A stretch of 32,000 bases of DNA from Desulfobulbus propionicus DSM 2032 (GCF_000186885.1 NC_014972.1:960001-992000), one strand, 5' to 3'. Positions 1-9,189 are shown, numbered from the stretch's first letter. Translations and numbers: made by a program. The notes: generated by a model not told the origin, from the sequence alone.

Positions 1-17
1 ACCTGCGAGGAAGAAGC

Positions 18-1808
18 ATGACCTCCAGTTTTATCCATCCCTCTGTGCTGCTGATCGTAGGCGCGCTGCTTTTACCCCTTGTTCAGGGGCCGTTGCGCAA
101 ACCGTATCTCTTTTTGGTGCCGTTGCTGGCCCTGGGGGCGGTGGTCCTGAACACGACCCTGAGCGGCACCTTTGCCGTCATGCCCTTCCTCGACTGGCAG
201 CTGGTACTGGGCCGGGTGGACAAACTGTCCACCGTTTTTGCCCTGATCATGGCGGTGATGGCGGTGATCGGTACGCTGTATGGCCTTCAGGTCGATCGGG
301 CCGGCGAGCACATGGCCGCCTGGTTCTATGCCGCCGGGTCGCTAGGGGTCATTTATAGCGGCGACTACCTGAGCCTCTTTCTCTTCTGGGAGATGATGGC
401 CTTTGCCTCGGTGTTTCTGGTCTGGTTCCGGCGCGGACCGCAATCGTTGCGAATTGGCTACCGCTATCTGCTCATCCACACCATCGGCGGCATTATCCTC
501 CTGGCCGGCATTTTGTTGCGCTACCAGGCGGTGGGCAATATCACCTTCGATCTGATGGATGTGGCCCATCCCCAGCTGTACACCTGGTTGATCATGATCG
601 GTTTCGGCCTCAATGCCGCCATGGTGCCGCTCCATTCCTGGCTGCCCGAAGCCTACTCCGAGGCCTCGTTCAACGGCGCGGTCTTCCTCTGCGCCTTCAC
701 CACCAAGACCGCGGTCTACACCCTGGCCAGGGCCTGCGCCGGCATGGAGATTCTAGTGGTGCTTGGCGTGATCATGGCCCTCTACGGCGTCCTCTACGCG
801 GTGATGGAGAATGACATCCGCAAGCTGCTGGCCTGGTCGATCGTCTCCCAAGTGGGCTACATGGTCGCCGGTATCGGCATTGGCACCGACATGGCCATCA
901 ATGGCGCCGTCGCCCATGCAGTGGTCCATATTCTGTACAAGAGTTTGCTGTTCATGGGCACCGGCTCGGTGCTCTACATGACCGGCAAGACCAAGTTCAC
1001 CGAACTGGGCGGCCTGTATGCCAAGATGCCGGCCACCTTCTTCTTCACCATGATCGGGTGTCTGTCGATTTCGGCAGCCCCCTGTTTTGCCGCCTATGCC
1101 AGCAAGTCGCTGATCATCACTGCCGGTTTTGAGCAGCATCTCAACTGGGCGGCCTGGCTGTTGATGTTCGGCGCCACCGGCACCTTCATGTACAACGGCC
1201 TCAAATTGCCCTATTTTTTGTTTTTCGGCAAAAATAACTGCAGCCGGGAAACCTGGGAGAGGGCGGCTGATCCCGCCTGGAACATGCTCATCGCCATGAC
1301 CTTGGGGGCCACTCTCTGCGTGCTGGTTGGCACGGCGCCCGGTTTTCTCTATGCCTTGTTGCCCCATGCGGTGGACTATACCCCGCATACGATGTACCAC
1401 CTGATGGAAACTCTGCAGTTGCTCGGGTTTGCTGCCCTGGCCTTTTTCCTGCTCAAGCGCTTTGTGCAGCCGGTGGATCGTCTCTGCCTGGATGTGGATT
1501 GGTTGTACCGCAAGGCTGGCTGCGCTTTCCTGTGGCTGATCAAACGGCCATTACAGGCGGCCGATACCGCCTGGGGCGAGGCCTATCGGGTGGTCGGCAT
1601 TGATTCCTTGAAAACACTCAGCCGTTTTTGGAGTTGGTTCGACTGGCAGGTGATCGACGGCGTGGTTGACGGTCTTGCCCGCTCGGTGCGGGTCCTTGGA
1701 GGCAAGGTCCGCATCCTGCAGAGCGGCCAAATTCAGCTTACCCTGTATTACGCCTTTTCGCTTGCCGCCGTTGTTTTGGTAACCTTTATTTTTTTTCAGC
1801 TGCTTTAA
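18..1808 (+). CDS. nuoL: NADH-quinone oxidoreductase subunit L-like proton-conducting membrane subunit (NuoL/MrpA family)
   Basis: 596-aa polytopic membrane ORF. The motif LFLFWEMMAFASVFLVWF resembles the NuoL/MrpA antiporter-like core. The C-terminal segment FDWQVIDGVVDGLARSVRVLGGKVRILQSGQIQ plus a last TM resembles the NuoL lateral helix. It lies directly upstream of nuoM and nuoN. A GAGGAAG Shine-Dalgarno precedes the ATG at 18. Confidence 0.65.
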   Translation: MTSSFIHPSVLLIVGALLLPLVQGPLRKPYLFLVPLLALGAVVLNTTLSGTFAVMPFLDWQLVLGRVDKLSTVFALIMAVMAVIGTLYGLQVDRAGEHMAAWFYAAGSLGVIYSGDYLSLFLFWEMMAFASVFLVWFRRGPQSLRIGYRYLLIHTIGGIILLAGILLRYQAVGNITFDLMDVAHPQLYTWLIMIGFGLNAAMVPLHSWLPEAYSEASFNGAVFLCAFTTKTAVYTLARACAGMEILVVLGVIMALYGVLYAVMENDIRKLLAWSIVSQVGYMVAGIGIGTDMAINGAVAHAVVHILYKSLLFMGTGSVLYMTGKTKFTELGGLYAKMPATFFFTMIGCLSISAAPCFAAYASKSLIITAGFEQHLNWAAWLLMFGATGTFMYNGLKLPYFLFFGKNNCSRETWERAADPAWNMLIAMTLGATLCVLVGTAPGFLYALLPHAVDYTPHTMYHLMETLQLLGFAALAFFLLKRFVQPVDRLCLDVDWLYRKAGCAFLWLIKRPLQAADTAWGEAYRVVGIDSLKTLSRFWSWFDWQVIDGVVDGLARSVRVLGGKVRILQSGQIQLTLYYAFSLAAVVLVTFIFFQLL

Positions 1809-1821
1809 GGGGAACGAGAGA

Positions 1822-3339
1822 ATGGATTTGTTACTCATCAAAGAGGGATTTCCCCTCCTCAGCTTCCTCATCTTCCTGCCGCTGGCCGGGGCAACGGTGC
1901 TGCTTTTTTTTCACGGTGCGTCCTTTGCCCGGATATGGGCGCTGTGCGTCACCTCGCTGACCGCCATCTGCTCTGTCCCATTGCTCATCGGCTTTGATCC
2001 GGCCAGCGCCAAATATCAGTTTGCCGAGGCGCATGCCTGGATTCCCCGGTTTCATATCAACTATATCGTTGGTATGGACGGCATTTCGATCCTGTTGGTG
2101 CTCCTGACCACCTGCATCATGCCGTTTTGCGTCCTGGCCTCCTGGAAGTATATTCAGAAGCGGGTGACACCCTTCATGTTCTGTCTGTTGGCCATGGAAA
2201 CCTCGATGATCGGGGTCTTTGTCGCCCTGGATTTCGTGCTATTCTATATATTCTGGGAATTCATGCTCATTCCCATGTATCTCCTGATCGCCATTTGGGG
2301 TGGTCCGCGCAAGGCCTATGCGTCGATCAAGTTCTTTCTCTATACCTTGGCCGGCTCGGTGCTACTCCTGGTGGCCATTATTGCTCTTTACCTCAAATCC
2401 GGGAGTTTCTTCATTCCGGAAATGATGTGGAAGCCCTATTCGCTTACTTTTCAACTGCTCGTTTTCCTGGCTTTTTTCCTTGCCTTTGCCATCAAGGTGC
2501 CGATGTTCCCCTTCCACACTTGGTTGCCAGCCGCCCACGTCGAGGCGCCGACCGCCGGTTCGGTAATTCTGGCCTCGGTCTTGCTGAAGATGGGTACCTA
2601 TGGTTTGCTGCGCTTCTGTTTGCCGATCACCCCCGATGCGACCTTGTTGCTGGCCGAACCAATCCTGTGGCTGTCCATCGCCGGCATCATCTACGGCGGT
2701 TTTACCGCGCTTGCGCAACAGGACATGAAGAAGCTGATCGCCTACTCGTCCGTGGGCCACATGGGGTTCGTCACGCTGGGAATCTTTGTGCTGAATACCC
2801 GAGGGGTTGAAGGCGCGATGCTGCAAATGATCAATCACGGCGTGACCACCGGCGCGCTTTTCCTTTGCGTGGGGATGATCTACGAGCGCACCCACAGCCG
2901 AGAACTGGTGGCGGCCACCGGGGTGGGCAAGTACATGCCTTGGTTTGTCACCTTTCTCACCTTTTTTTCGCTTTCATCCTTCGGTTTTCCGGGAACCAAC
3001 TCTTTTATCGGCGAATTTCTGGTCCTGGCCGGCACTTTTGAGCGCAACACCTTTATCGCGTTGGCTGCCATTCCCGGGGCGGTGCTGGCCGCGGCGTACA
3101 TGCTGCGAATGCTGCAAAAAGTAGTCTGGGGCGGGACCGACAATCCGGATCAGTCCCATCTCGGTGATCTTGGCATTCGGGAGATCGTGGTCTTGACGCC
3201 GTTTCTGCTCTTTGTTTTTTGGATTGGACTAGGGCCGCAACCCTTTATTGATTTGATGCATACCTCGGTGAGCCAACTGCTTGAGCAGTTCAACAGCTGG
3301 CAACAGCACCCTCAGGTTGCCACGATGCTCTGGCGTTAA
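1822..3339 (+). CDS. nuoM: NADH-quinone oxidoreductase subunit M
   Basis: 505-aa membrane ORF with NuoM/ND4-type motifs: FYIFWEFMLIPMYLLI, HTWLPAAHVEAPTAGSVILASVLLKMGTYG, MLQMINHGVTTGALFLCVGMIYERTHSR. Starts 13 nt after the upstream stop. Confidence 0.9.
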   Translation: MDLLLIKEGFPLLSFLIFLPLAGATVLLFFHGASFARIWALCVTSLTAICSVPLLIGFDPASAKYQFAEAHAWIPRFHINYIVGMDGISILLVLLTTCIMPFCVLASWKYIQKRVTPFMFCLLAMETSMIGVFVALDFVLFYIFWEFMLIPMYLLIAIWGGPRKAYASIKFFLYTLAGSVLLLVAIIALYLKSGSFFIPEMMWKPYSLTFQLLVFLAFFLAFAIKVPMFPFHTWLPAAHVEAPTAGSVILASVLLKMGTYGLLRFCLPITPDATLLLAEPILWLSIAGIIYGGFTALAQQDMKKLIAYSSVGHMGFVTLGIFVLNTRGVEGAMLQMINHGVTTGALFLCVGMIYERTHSRELVAATGVGKYMPWFVTFLTFFSLSSFGFPGTNSFIGEFLVLAGTFERNTFIALAAIPGAVLAAAYMLRMLQKVVWGGTDNPDQSHLGDLGIREIVVLTPFLLFVFWIGLGPQPFIDLMHTSVSQLLEQFNSWQQHPQVATMLWR

Positions 3340-3419
3340 CAGGTATTTCACCCCCTCCATTCTCACCGGCAGCCTGATCGCGTAAGGCGACAGTTGCTGA
3401 GGACACACGAAGAAAGGCG

Positions 3420-4841
3420 ATGTATATGGTTATTTTACCCGAATTGGTGCTGGTGACCGGAGCGCTGGCATTCTTTCTGCTCAGCTTGGGCAAAACGCCC
3501 TCCGAGCAGACGACAAAATCCCTGGCCATTGTCGTTGGCCTTGTCACCTTTGCCGCAACCCTGCTTTCGTTCCAGTCGCAGGTCACTCTGTTTTACGGGG
3601 CCTACGCCGTGGACCAGTATTCCCAGCTGTTCAAGGTGATGATCGGCTTCGCCTTGGCAGTGGTGATGATCTTCGGCCAGAATCTCAAGGGGATCAGCAT
3701 CAGTGTCCGACCCGAGTACTACTTGTTTCTGTTGCTCAGCGTGCTCGGACTGATGATGTTGGTCAGTTCGGTCGAATTGATCGCCATCTTTATTTCCCTG
3801 GAACTTTCCTCCTTTGCCTTGTATCTGCTGGTGCCGATGCGGGATGATCGCACCGGCATCCGCGTACAGATGGAAGCGGGGATGAAATACATTCTCTTTG
3901 GGGTCATGGCCACCGGTTTCATGCTCTATGGCATGAGCCTCTTGTTCGGTCTCACCGGCACCACCTATCTCAAGGACATCCTTGCCTACCTTGCCAAGGG
4001 CAACCTACAACCGGCGGTGGTGGTAGCTGTGCTGCTGGTGTTGGCCGGTTTTTTTTACAAACTGGCCATCTTCCCCCTCCATTTTTGGGTGCCGGATATT
4101 TATCAGGGAGCCTCGAACGAAACCACCGGGTTCATCGCCACCATCCCCAAATTTGGCGCCGTTGCCCTGCTGATCCGCTTTCTGACCATGCCCACCGGAC
4201 ACCCATCCTTCCTGATTGAGCTGATGGCGGTACTCGCCCTCTGTTCGATGTTTTACGGCAACCTCAGCGCCCTGGTGCAGAAGGACATCAAGCGGATGCT
4301 CGGCTTTTCCGGTATCGCCCATGCCGGCTTCATTCTCCTTGGACTGCTGTCGATGAACAGCGACGGGTATGGGGTGGCTATTTATTACATCGCCGGGTAT
4401 GTGCTGATGAACCTGGCCTGCTTTCTGGTCATCAGCCATGTCTCACGACAGGGTGAAAATCTGTGCATCGAGGATTTTAACGGTCTGTACAAGCGCCAAC
4501 CAGTCCTGGCCTTCATCCTGGCCATCGGCCTTTTTGGTCTGGCCGGCATTCCTCCTTTTGTCGGCTTCATGGGCAAATTCATGATTTTAACCTCGGCCCT
4601 GCGCGCCGATCATCTCCTGGTTGTCTGTCTGGCGGCCATCAATACCGCTATCGCCATCTACTATTATCTTTCGGTGGTCAAAGCGGCCTATACCGCCGAT
4701 CCTGAGGCAACCACCGCGGTCGAGGTTTCTCCGCTTGTCCAGTTGACCGGAATTGTCCTGGTGATCGCTATTACCCTCATAGGGGCCTTGCCGGCTCAAT
4801 TGGTCGATTTTGCAAGCACGGTAGCGCAGAGCCTCCCCTGA
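3420..4841 (+). CDS. nuoN: NADH-quinone oxidoreductase subunit N
   Basis: 473-aa membrane ORF with NuoN/ND2-type motifs (FISLELSSFALYLLV, FPLHFWVPDIYQGASNETTGFIATIPK). Last gene of the L-M-N order. GAAAGG lies upstream of the ATG. Confidence 0.85.
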   Translation: MYMVILPELVLVTGALAFFLLSLGKTPSEQTTKSLAIVVGLVTFAATLLSFQSQVTLFYGAYAVDQYSQLFKVMIGFALAVVMIFGQNLKGISISVRPEYYLFLLLSVLGLMMLVSSVELIAIFISLELSSFALYLLVPMRDDRTGIRVQMEAGMKYILFGVMATGFMLYGMSLLFGLTGTTYLKDILAYLAKGNLQPAVVVAVLLVLAGFFYKLAIFPLHFWVPDIYQGASNETTGFIATIPKFGAVALLIRFLTMPTGHPSFLIELMAVLALCSMFYGNLSALVQKDIKRMLGFSGIAHAGFILLGLLSMNSDGYGVAIYYIAGYVLMNLACFLVISHVSRQGENLCIEDFNGLYKRQPVLAFILAIGLFGLAGIPPFVGFMGKFMILTSALRADHLLVVCLAAINTAIAIYYYLSVVKAAYTADPEATTAVEVSPLVQLTGIVLVIAITLIGALPAQLVDFASTVAQSLP

Positions 4842-4872
4842 GTGAAGAGCGAGAACAGGAAACGAAAAGGAC

Positions 4873-4910
4873 AAAAAAAGGGACGCTTCCACAGAAGCGT
4901 CCCTTTTTTA
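4873..4910. terminator. Bidirectional rho-independent terminator between convergent nuoN and glyA
   Basis: Perfect 10-bp stem GGGACGCTTC (4880-4889) / GAAGCGTCCC (4894-4903) with a 4-nt loop. It is flanked by an A-run (4873-4879) and a T-run (4904-4909), so it reads as hairpin plus U-tract on both strands. Confidence 0.85.
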
Positions 4911-4929
4911 TCGCGTTGAAATGGGTGTA

Positions 4930-6180
4930 TTAGATCAGGTGTTCCAGTCCCGGTGCCGGGAAGCCGGCACAGAGCTGTCGCACGGATGAGGCGATTTCAG
5001 CCTGGAGGGCTGTGTTGGCTGGATCCGCCACCACGGCACCGATCCATTTGCCGACTTGTACCATCTGTTCCTCCTTGAAACCGCGTGAAGTGACTGCGGC
5101 CGAACCCAGGCGAATGCCGCTGGGATCAAAGGGCTTGCGGGTATCGTAGGGCACGGCATTGTAATTGAGCACGATACCGGCCGCATCGAGGGCCTTGGCG
5201 GCAACCTTGCCGGTCACGCCCTTGTTGGTCAGATCGATCAGCATCAGGTGGTTTTCGGTACCGCCAGTGACCAAATTGAAGCCGTTGTCGATCAGGGTTG
5301 CCGCCAAGGCTTGGGCGTTTTTAACGATCTGGGCGGCATACTGTTTGAAAGCCTCGGTGGAGGCTTCCTTGAGCGCCACGGCAATCGCGGCGGTGGTGTT
5401 GTTATGCGGTCCGCCCTGCAACCCCGGAAAAACAGCCTTGTCGATGGCCGCGGCATATTCCTGCTTGCACAGAATCATGGCCCCCCGTGGGCCGCGCAGG
5501 GATTTGTGGGTGGTCGTGGTGATGATATCGGCATAGGGAACAGGCGAAGGGTGGGCGCCCCCCGCCACCAAACCGGCGAAATGGGCCATGTCCACCAGCA
5601 GCAGGGCGCCGCAGGCATCGGCGATCTCACGGAATTTGGGGAAATCAAGCACCTGTGAATAGGCGGAGTGCCCGGCGATCAGGATCTTGGGTTTGCAGGC
5701 CAGGGCCTTTTCGCGGATGGTCTCATAGTTGAGCCGACCGCTCTCCTGGTCCAGGGAGTAGGACTCGGCGGTGAAATACTTGCCGGAGATGGACACCTTG
5801 GCCCCGTGGGTCAAGTGGCCGCCATGGGGCAGGGCCATGCCGAGGATGGTGTCGCCGGGATTCAGGAAAGCCAGGTACACGGCCAGGTTGGCCGGAGAAC
5901 CAGAGTAGGGCTGGACATTGACATGCTCGGCGCCAAACAGATCCTTGGCCCGCTGAATAGCCAAACTCTCCACCTGGTCGATGTACTGCTGCCCTTCGTA
6001 ATAACGTTTGCCGGGATACCCTTCGGAATATTTATTGGTCAGGACCGATCCCGTTGCCTCCATAACCGCTTTGGAAACGTAATTTTCCGAGGCGATGAGG
6101 CGGATTTTATCGCGCTGACGCAATTCTTCCTGCTTGATGAGATTGAAGATTTCCGGATCCTGCTGCTGTAATGTGCTCAT
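4930..6180 (-). CDS. glyA: Serine hydroxymethyltransferase
   Basis: Motifs LIASENY, GYPGKRYY, and TTTTHKSLRGPRG (PLP-lysine region). The track ORF extends to 6261, but the conserved N-terminus MSTLQQQDPEIFNLI starts at ATG 6180, preceded by a GGAG SD. The 27 upstream codons look like a spurious extension. Confidence 0.93.
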   Translation of the reverse strand: MSTLQQQDPEIFNLIKQEELRQRDKIRLIASENYVSKAVMEATGSVLTNKYSEGYPGKRYYEGQQYIDQVESLAIQRAKDLFGAEHVNVQPYSGSPANLAVYLAFLNPGDTILGMALPHGGHLTHGAKVSISGKYFTAESYSLDQESGRLNYETIREKALACKPKILIAGHSAYSQVLDFPKFREIADACGALLLVDMAHFAGLVAGGAHPSPVPYADIITTTTHKSLRGPRGAMILCKQEYAAAIDKAVFPGLQGGPHNNTTAAIAVALKEASTEAFKQYAAQIVKNAQALAATLIDNGFNLVTGGTENHLMLIDLTNKGVTGKVAAKALDAAGIVLNYNAVPYDTRKPFDPSGIRLGSAAVTSRGFKEEQMVQVGKWIGAVVADPANTALQAEIASSVRQLCAGFPAPGLEHLI

Positions 6181-6978
6181 GTCGACTCCTTCAGTGCATG
6201 AAAGTCCGGCTGGACGGGGCTCCCGCCGCTGTAACCGGGATTGGACAGGTGTGGTGGTCAAGGGACCATTCCATCATGGCGGCCGGCGAAAGAAAAGCCT
6301 TCGATAAACCACCACGATTAAGACCCATCATCATAATCAACCTATCCTTCGTTGCACAGTAGAAAATCGTCGCCGGCCGTTATGCCATGTCTGGCCTGAC
6401 CTCAAGGAGATCGGCAATCGATCGAGCGACAAGTGCCGGGTATGCAGTCGAAACCGGGAAGAGTTATTTCCACCTTGCATCGGATTGTGCGCGTTCCAGG
6501 GGGAGACCGTGATACCACGGCTCGGGGCATCGTCCTGAGAGGCGCCACCCGCTCACAAACGATCAAGGAGTGCCGCGTCCGTGATGCCTTGCGGGAATGT
6601 TTGCCTCCAAACGCCTCAAGGCGGTCGACAGCGGGATTTTACTGATAGGATGCTTCTGTTCTTGGAAAAACAGCGATGTTGGGGTATTTTACTTAACCGC
6701 TTGCCGCCGCTAAGGCGGGATGGACGCCCACGGGCAAAAGAGGACGATTGTGGGTTGATGGACAACACGACACGGCGACAACAAGCAGAGAAAGGGAGGA
6801 GAACAGAACACTTGCATGGTAGTGACCGGTGGGGCGCGTCTGCGCCGGTGTCAGGCGCCGGGACCGAATGCCATGGAAGAAGCGGCAGTTATGGTCGCAC
6901 TGCCTTGACGTTCTCAGGGGGGAACGTTCAAGCTTGACATACACTCAACTGATATCGAAAGACCAGGTAGGTAGGACA

Positions 6979-7419
6979 ATGGAGAAGAGTGCGTTATTTT
7001 GCTATGGAACGTTGCAGTCGCCACTTGTGATGAAAGCCGTCACAGGGCAGGCCTATGCGGGTCAGGAAGCAACCTTGAATAACTGGGCGAGATTCCGCGT
7101 TCGCGGTTCGGAGTATCCGGGGATCATTCGCCAGGAAGATTCCGTTGTGTCCGGAAAGCTGTACTGGGGGCTGAACGAGCAGGCCATGGAAAAACTCGAT
7201 GCCTTTGAGGGAGACAAATACGAACGGGTGTTGGTCCAGGTAACCATGGCCGACGGCTCTTGTCATGAGGCCTATGCCTATGCGATCAAAGACGATTGCC
7301 GCAAGTTGCTGTCCAATGATCCGTGGGATTTTGATCGCTTTTTGCAAAACGGTCTGGAAAAATTCATTCACTGGTTTGTCGAAGACCGACGCGATCTGTT
7401 CGACCGCGGCGATCTCTAA
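6979..7419 (+). CDS. Gamma-glutamylcyclotransferase-like (GGACT/AIG2-like) family protein
   Basis: 146-aa product starting MEKSALFCYGTLQSPLVMKAV, which carries the YGTL motif typical of AIG2/GGCT-like folds, and later DAFEGDKYERV. The start is set at internal ATG 6979 after AGGTAGGTAGGA. The track ORF start at 6829 has no support. Confidence 0.7.
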   Translation: MEKSALFCYGTLQSPLVMKAVTGQAYAGQEATLNNWARFRVRGSEYPGIIRQEDSVVSGKLYWGLNEQAMEKLDAFEGDKYERVLVQVTMADGSCHEAYAYAIKDDCRKLLSNDPWDFDRFLQNGLEKFIHWFVEDRRDLFDRGDL

Positions 7420-7440
7420 AAGAACTTTTCGCGTTTCTTT

Positions 7441-7484
7441 CCGCCGTTTCTCCTGGGTGTCTCCAGGGAAACGGCGGTTTTTTT
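7441..7484 (+). terminator. Rho-independent terminator downstream of the GGACT-like gene
   Basis: 10-bp stem CCGCCGTTTC (7441-7450) / GAAACGGCGG (7468-7477), followed by TTTTTTT (7478-7484). Confidence 0.8.
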
Positions 7485-7529
7485 CCGGAACAACAATTCC
7501 GTTCCGTTCGTTCCTTCTTTTCCACCTCG

Positions 7530-7859
7530 TTACACGACTATCCGCTTCCCCTGAGAGAGTTCCGGATTGGGGCGAAACAATAAAATCATCCGGCCGATGA
7601 CTTGCACCAGGGCCGCCCCGGACATTCTAGCCAGTTCAGGACCAGCCGCATTTCTTTCCACCGGACAGTTTTGTCCCAGTTTGATTTTGATCAGCTCGTG
7701 GGCCTTCAGTGCTGCGTCCATCGATTTGAGCAACGCAGGGGAGAAGCCTTCTTTGCCCACATGGACCACGGGTTCGAGGTGGTGGCCTAGGCTGCGCAGA
7801 CTCTTTTTCTGTCCGCTGGTCAGGTCGAGGGAAGGGGGTGCTTGTTCTGTCATGTTCAT
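7530..7859 (-). CDS. yhbY: Ribosome assembly RNA-binding protein YhbY (CRM/CRS1-YhbY domain)
   Basis: 109 aa. LTSGQKKSLRSLGHHLEPVVHVGKEGFS ... HELIKIKL ... ALVQVIGRMILLFR matches the YhbY/CRM domain pattern. Confidence 0.85.
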   Translation of the reverse strand: MNMTEQAPPSLDLTSGQKKSLRSLGHHLEPVVHVGKEGFSPALLKSMDAALKAHELIKIKLGQNCPVERNAAGPELARMSGAALVQVIGRMILLFRPNPELSQGKRIVV

Positions 7860-7908
7860 GGGGTGCTCAGGCAGTAAAAAATGGAAAAGGAAACGCCAGG
7901 GGTGGCCA

Positions 7909-9105
7909 TCAATTCAGCAGTGTGTCGACAATGCGGTAACCTCCGATCCAGGTGCCGATGCTGGAGCCAAGGGTGGTTAATATAAAAACCAGAAAAATGC
8001 GCAACAGCTTGTTACGCCACCACCCACTCACGGTGGCGATATCCTGGGCCGCGATCTCGAATTCCCTGACCACCGGTGGGCAGATCATGACTTGGATAAA
8101 CGCACAGACATAGCCGGCGCCTATCAGCGGAGACAGACTGGTGATCGGCGCGGCGGCGAAGGCCGAGACAATGGTCGCTGGATGGGCTAGGGCGATCACG
8201 GCGCCCAGGGATGAAGGAATGCCATGGGCCAGTATCCAATACACCGCATTGGCGGTGAATTCGGCCGTTCCTTGACGGATGCCGATAAGCAGCAGGCCCA
8301 GAAGGATCAGGCCGGGAATGAGCCATCCCAGGATCTTTGCCGTTCTTCCCGTTGGCGGGATGGCGTTGATCGCTTCCATCCGATCGCGGTTATCCTGCCC
8401 AATGGCCCGTCTGATGCCCTCGGTATGACCGGCTCCGACCACGGCCACCAGTCGCCGGCCTGCGGTTTGTTTGATCTTTTCCGCCATGTAGATATCCCGC
8501 TCATCGATCAACACCTCCTTGGTGTGGGGCAGGGCGGCTCCCATTTCGTTGATGAGCTCGGAGAGGACATCCTTGCGCCGCATCGCCGTCAGTTGCTCTT
8601 CATCCAATACAGTCTTGTCGAAGAGAGAGGTCAGAAGTGTGGCCAGTAGATAACCCTTTTTGCAAAAAGAAGTGGCGCGCCAGGCGCGGCGCAGGGTGAT
8701 GCGCACATCACGGTCGCAGAGCACGATTGGGATGCCCAGTTGTTCGGCGGTCTGGGACGCGGCCAGCAGTTCGGTTCCGGGCATGATTCCCAATTGTCCG
8801 CCCAGTTTTTTCTGGTAGGCGGCAAGGATGAGGTTGACCATGAGGGTGGCCAGTTGCTTGTTGCGCACCACTTGCTTCACGTCGAGGTTTTCCCAGGTAT
8901 CGCGTTTGGCCAGGGCTGCATGGCGCTTTTCATCCAGCTCAATGCACACCGCATCAGGTTGTTCCTGCACGATGACCTGCTTGACCAGATCGGTTGACTG
9001 TTGGGAAATGTGCGCGGTGCCAATCAGGAGGATGGTTTTGTCCTTAAGGTGAATGGTAGTCACATCGTCGGGATACGGATGCGTCGGGAAATTGGAGGTT
9101 TTCAT
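7909..9105 (-). CDS. TraB/GumN (PrgY-like) family protein with C-terminal membrane domain
   Basis: 398 aa. N-terminal TILLIGTAHISQQS, ERDIYMAEKI and VAVVGAGHTEGI are typical of the TraB family. The C-terminal third is hydrophobic (several predicted TM segments). Confidence 0.8.
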   Translation of the reverse strand: MKTSNFPTHPYPDDVTTIHLKDKTILLIGTAHISQQSTDLVKQVIVQEQPDAVCIELDEKRHAALAKRDTWENLDVKQVVRNKQLATLMVNLILAAYQKKLGGQLGIMPGTELLAASQTAEQLGIPIVLCDRDVRITLRRAWRATSFCKKGYLLATLLTSLFDKTVLDEEQLTAMRRKDVLSELINEMGAALPHTKEVLIDERDIYMAEKIKQTAGRRLVAVVGAGHTEGIRRAIGQDNRDRMEAINAIPPTGRTAKILGWLIPGLILLGLLLIGIRQGTAEFTANAVYWILAHGIPSSLGAVIALAHPATIVSAFAAAPITSLSPLIGAGYVCAFIQVMICPPVVREFEIAAQDIATVSGWWRNKLLRIFLVFILTTLGSSIGTWIGGYRIVDTLLN

Positions 9106-9189
9106 AGAGGACGTGTGCTCGGTGGCATTCTCTGGAACAGCGTGAAATCACACCATGTGAAGAAGAGAAACAGGGAAGGAGGGGACGAA

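Noticed and set aside
6200-6209. GAAAGTCCGG, reminiscent of the RNase P RNA conserved region (GAGGAAAGTCCGGGC).
   Set aside because: It sits 20 nt upstream of the glyA start on the opposite strand. None of the other RNase P conserved blocks (ACAGAACCCGGCTTA-like, GGTAAGGGTGAAA-like) are present nearby. Treated as a chance match.
6181-6261. N-terminal extensions in track ORFs: glyA to 6261, hydrolase from 19751, topB from 19996, mtaD from 27210, gpmI from 23533, GGACT-like from 6829, GATase-like from 29515.
   Set aside because: In each case the conserved family N-terminus begins at an internal ATG with a good Shine-Dalgarno. The extension overlaps a neighbouring gene or has junk composition.
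6245-6330. Possible ZTP (pfl) riboswitch in the glyA leader (minus strand), because glyA is a known ZTP-regulated gene and CCGGCCGCC resembles the CCGCCTGGGC box.
   Set aside because: The 3' box diverges after CCGCC (ATGATGG instead of TGGGC). The 5' sub-domain motifs (GACTGGCG, GGTGGA..ACCAC..GGG) are absent. Only a generic 8-bp long-range stem remains.
6430-6470. GGTTTCGAC on the minus strand (tmRNA 5'-end-like), and a TPP-box-like CTGAGA...ACCC at about 6534-6560.
   Set aside because: There is no GGGG 5' end, no tag ORF ending in AA-stop, and no T-arm/CCA 3' end for tmRNA. The TPP-like stretch lacks the GAACCTGATC..GGxTAAT..GCG..AGGGA half, and the downstream gene is unrelated to thiamine.
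6816-6908. 30-codon ORF (MVVTGGARLRRCQAPGPNAMEEAAVMVALP) downstream of a strong GGGAGGAG.
   Set aside because: The SD-to-ATG spacing is about 14 nt, which is long. The peptide has no recognisable features, and nothing but the SD-like string supports it. It could be tested by ribosome profiling.
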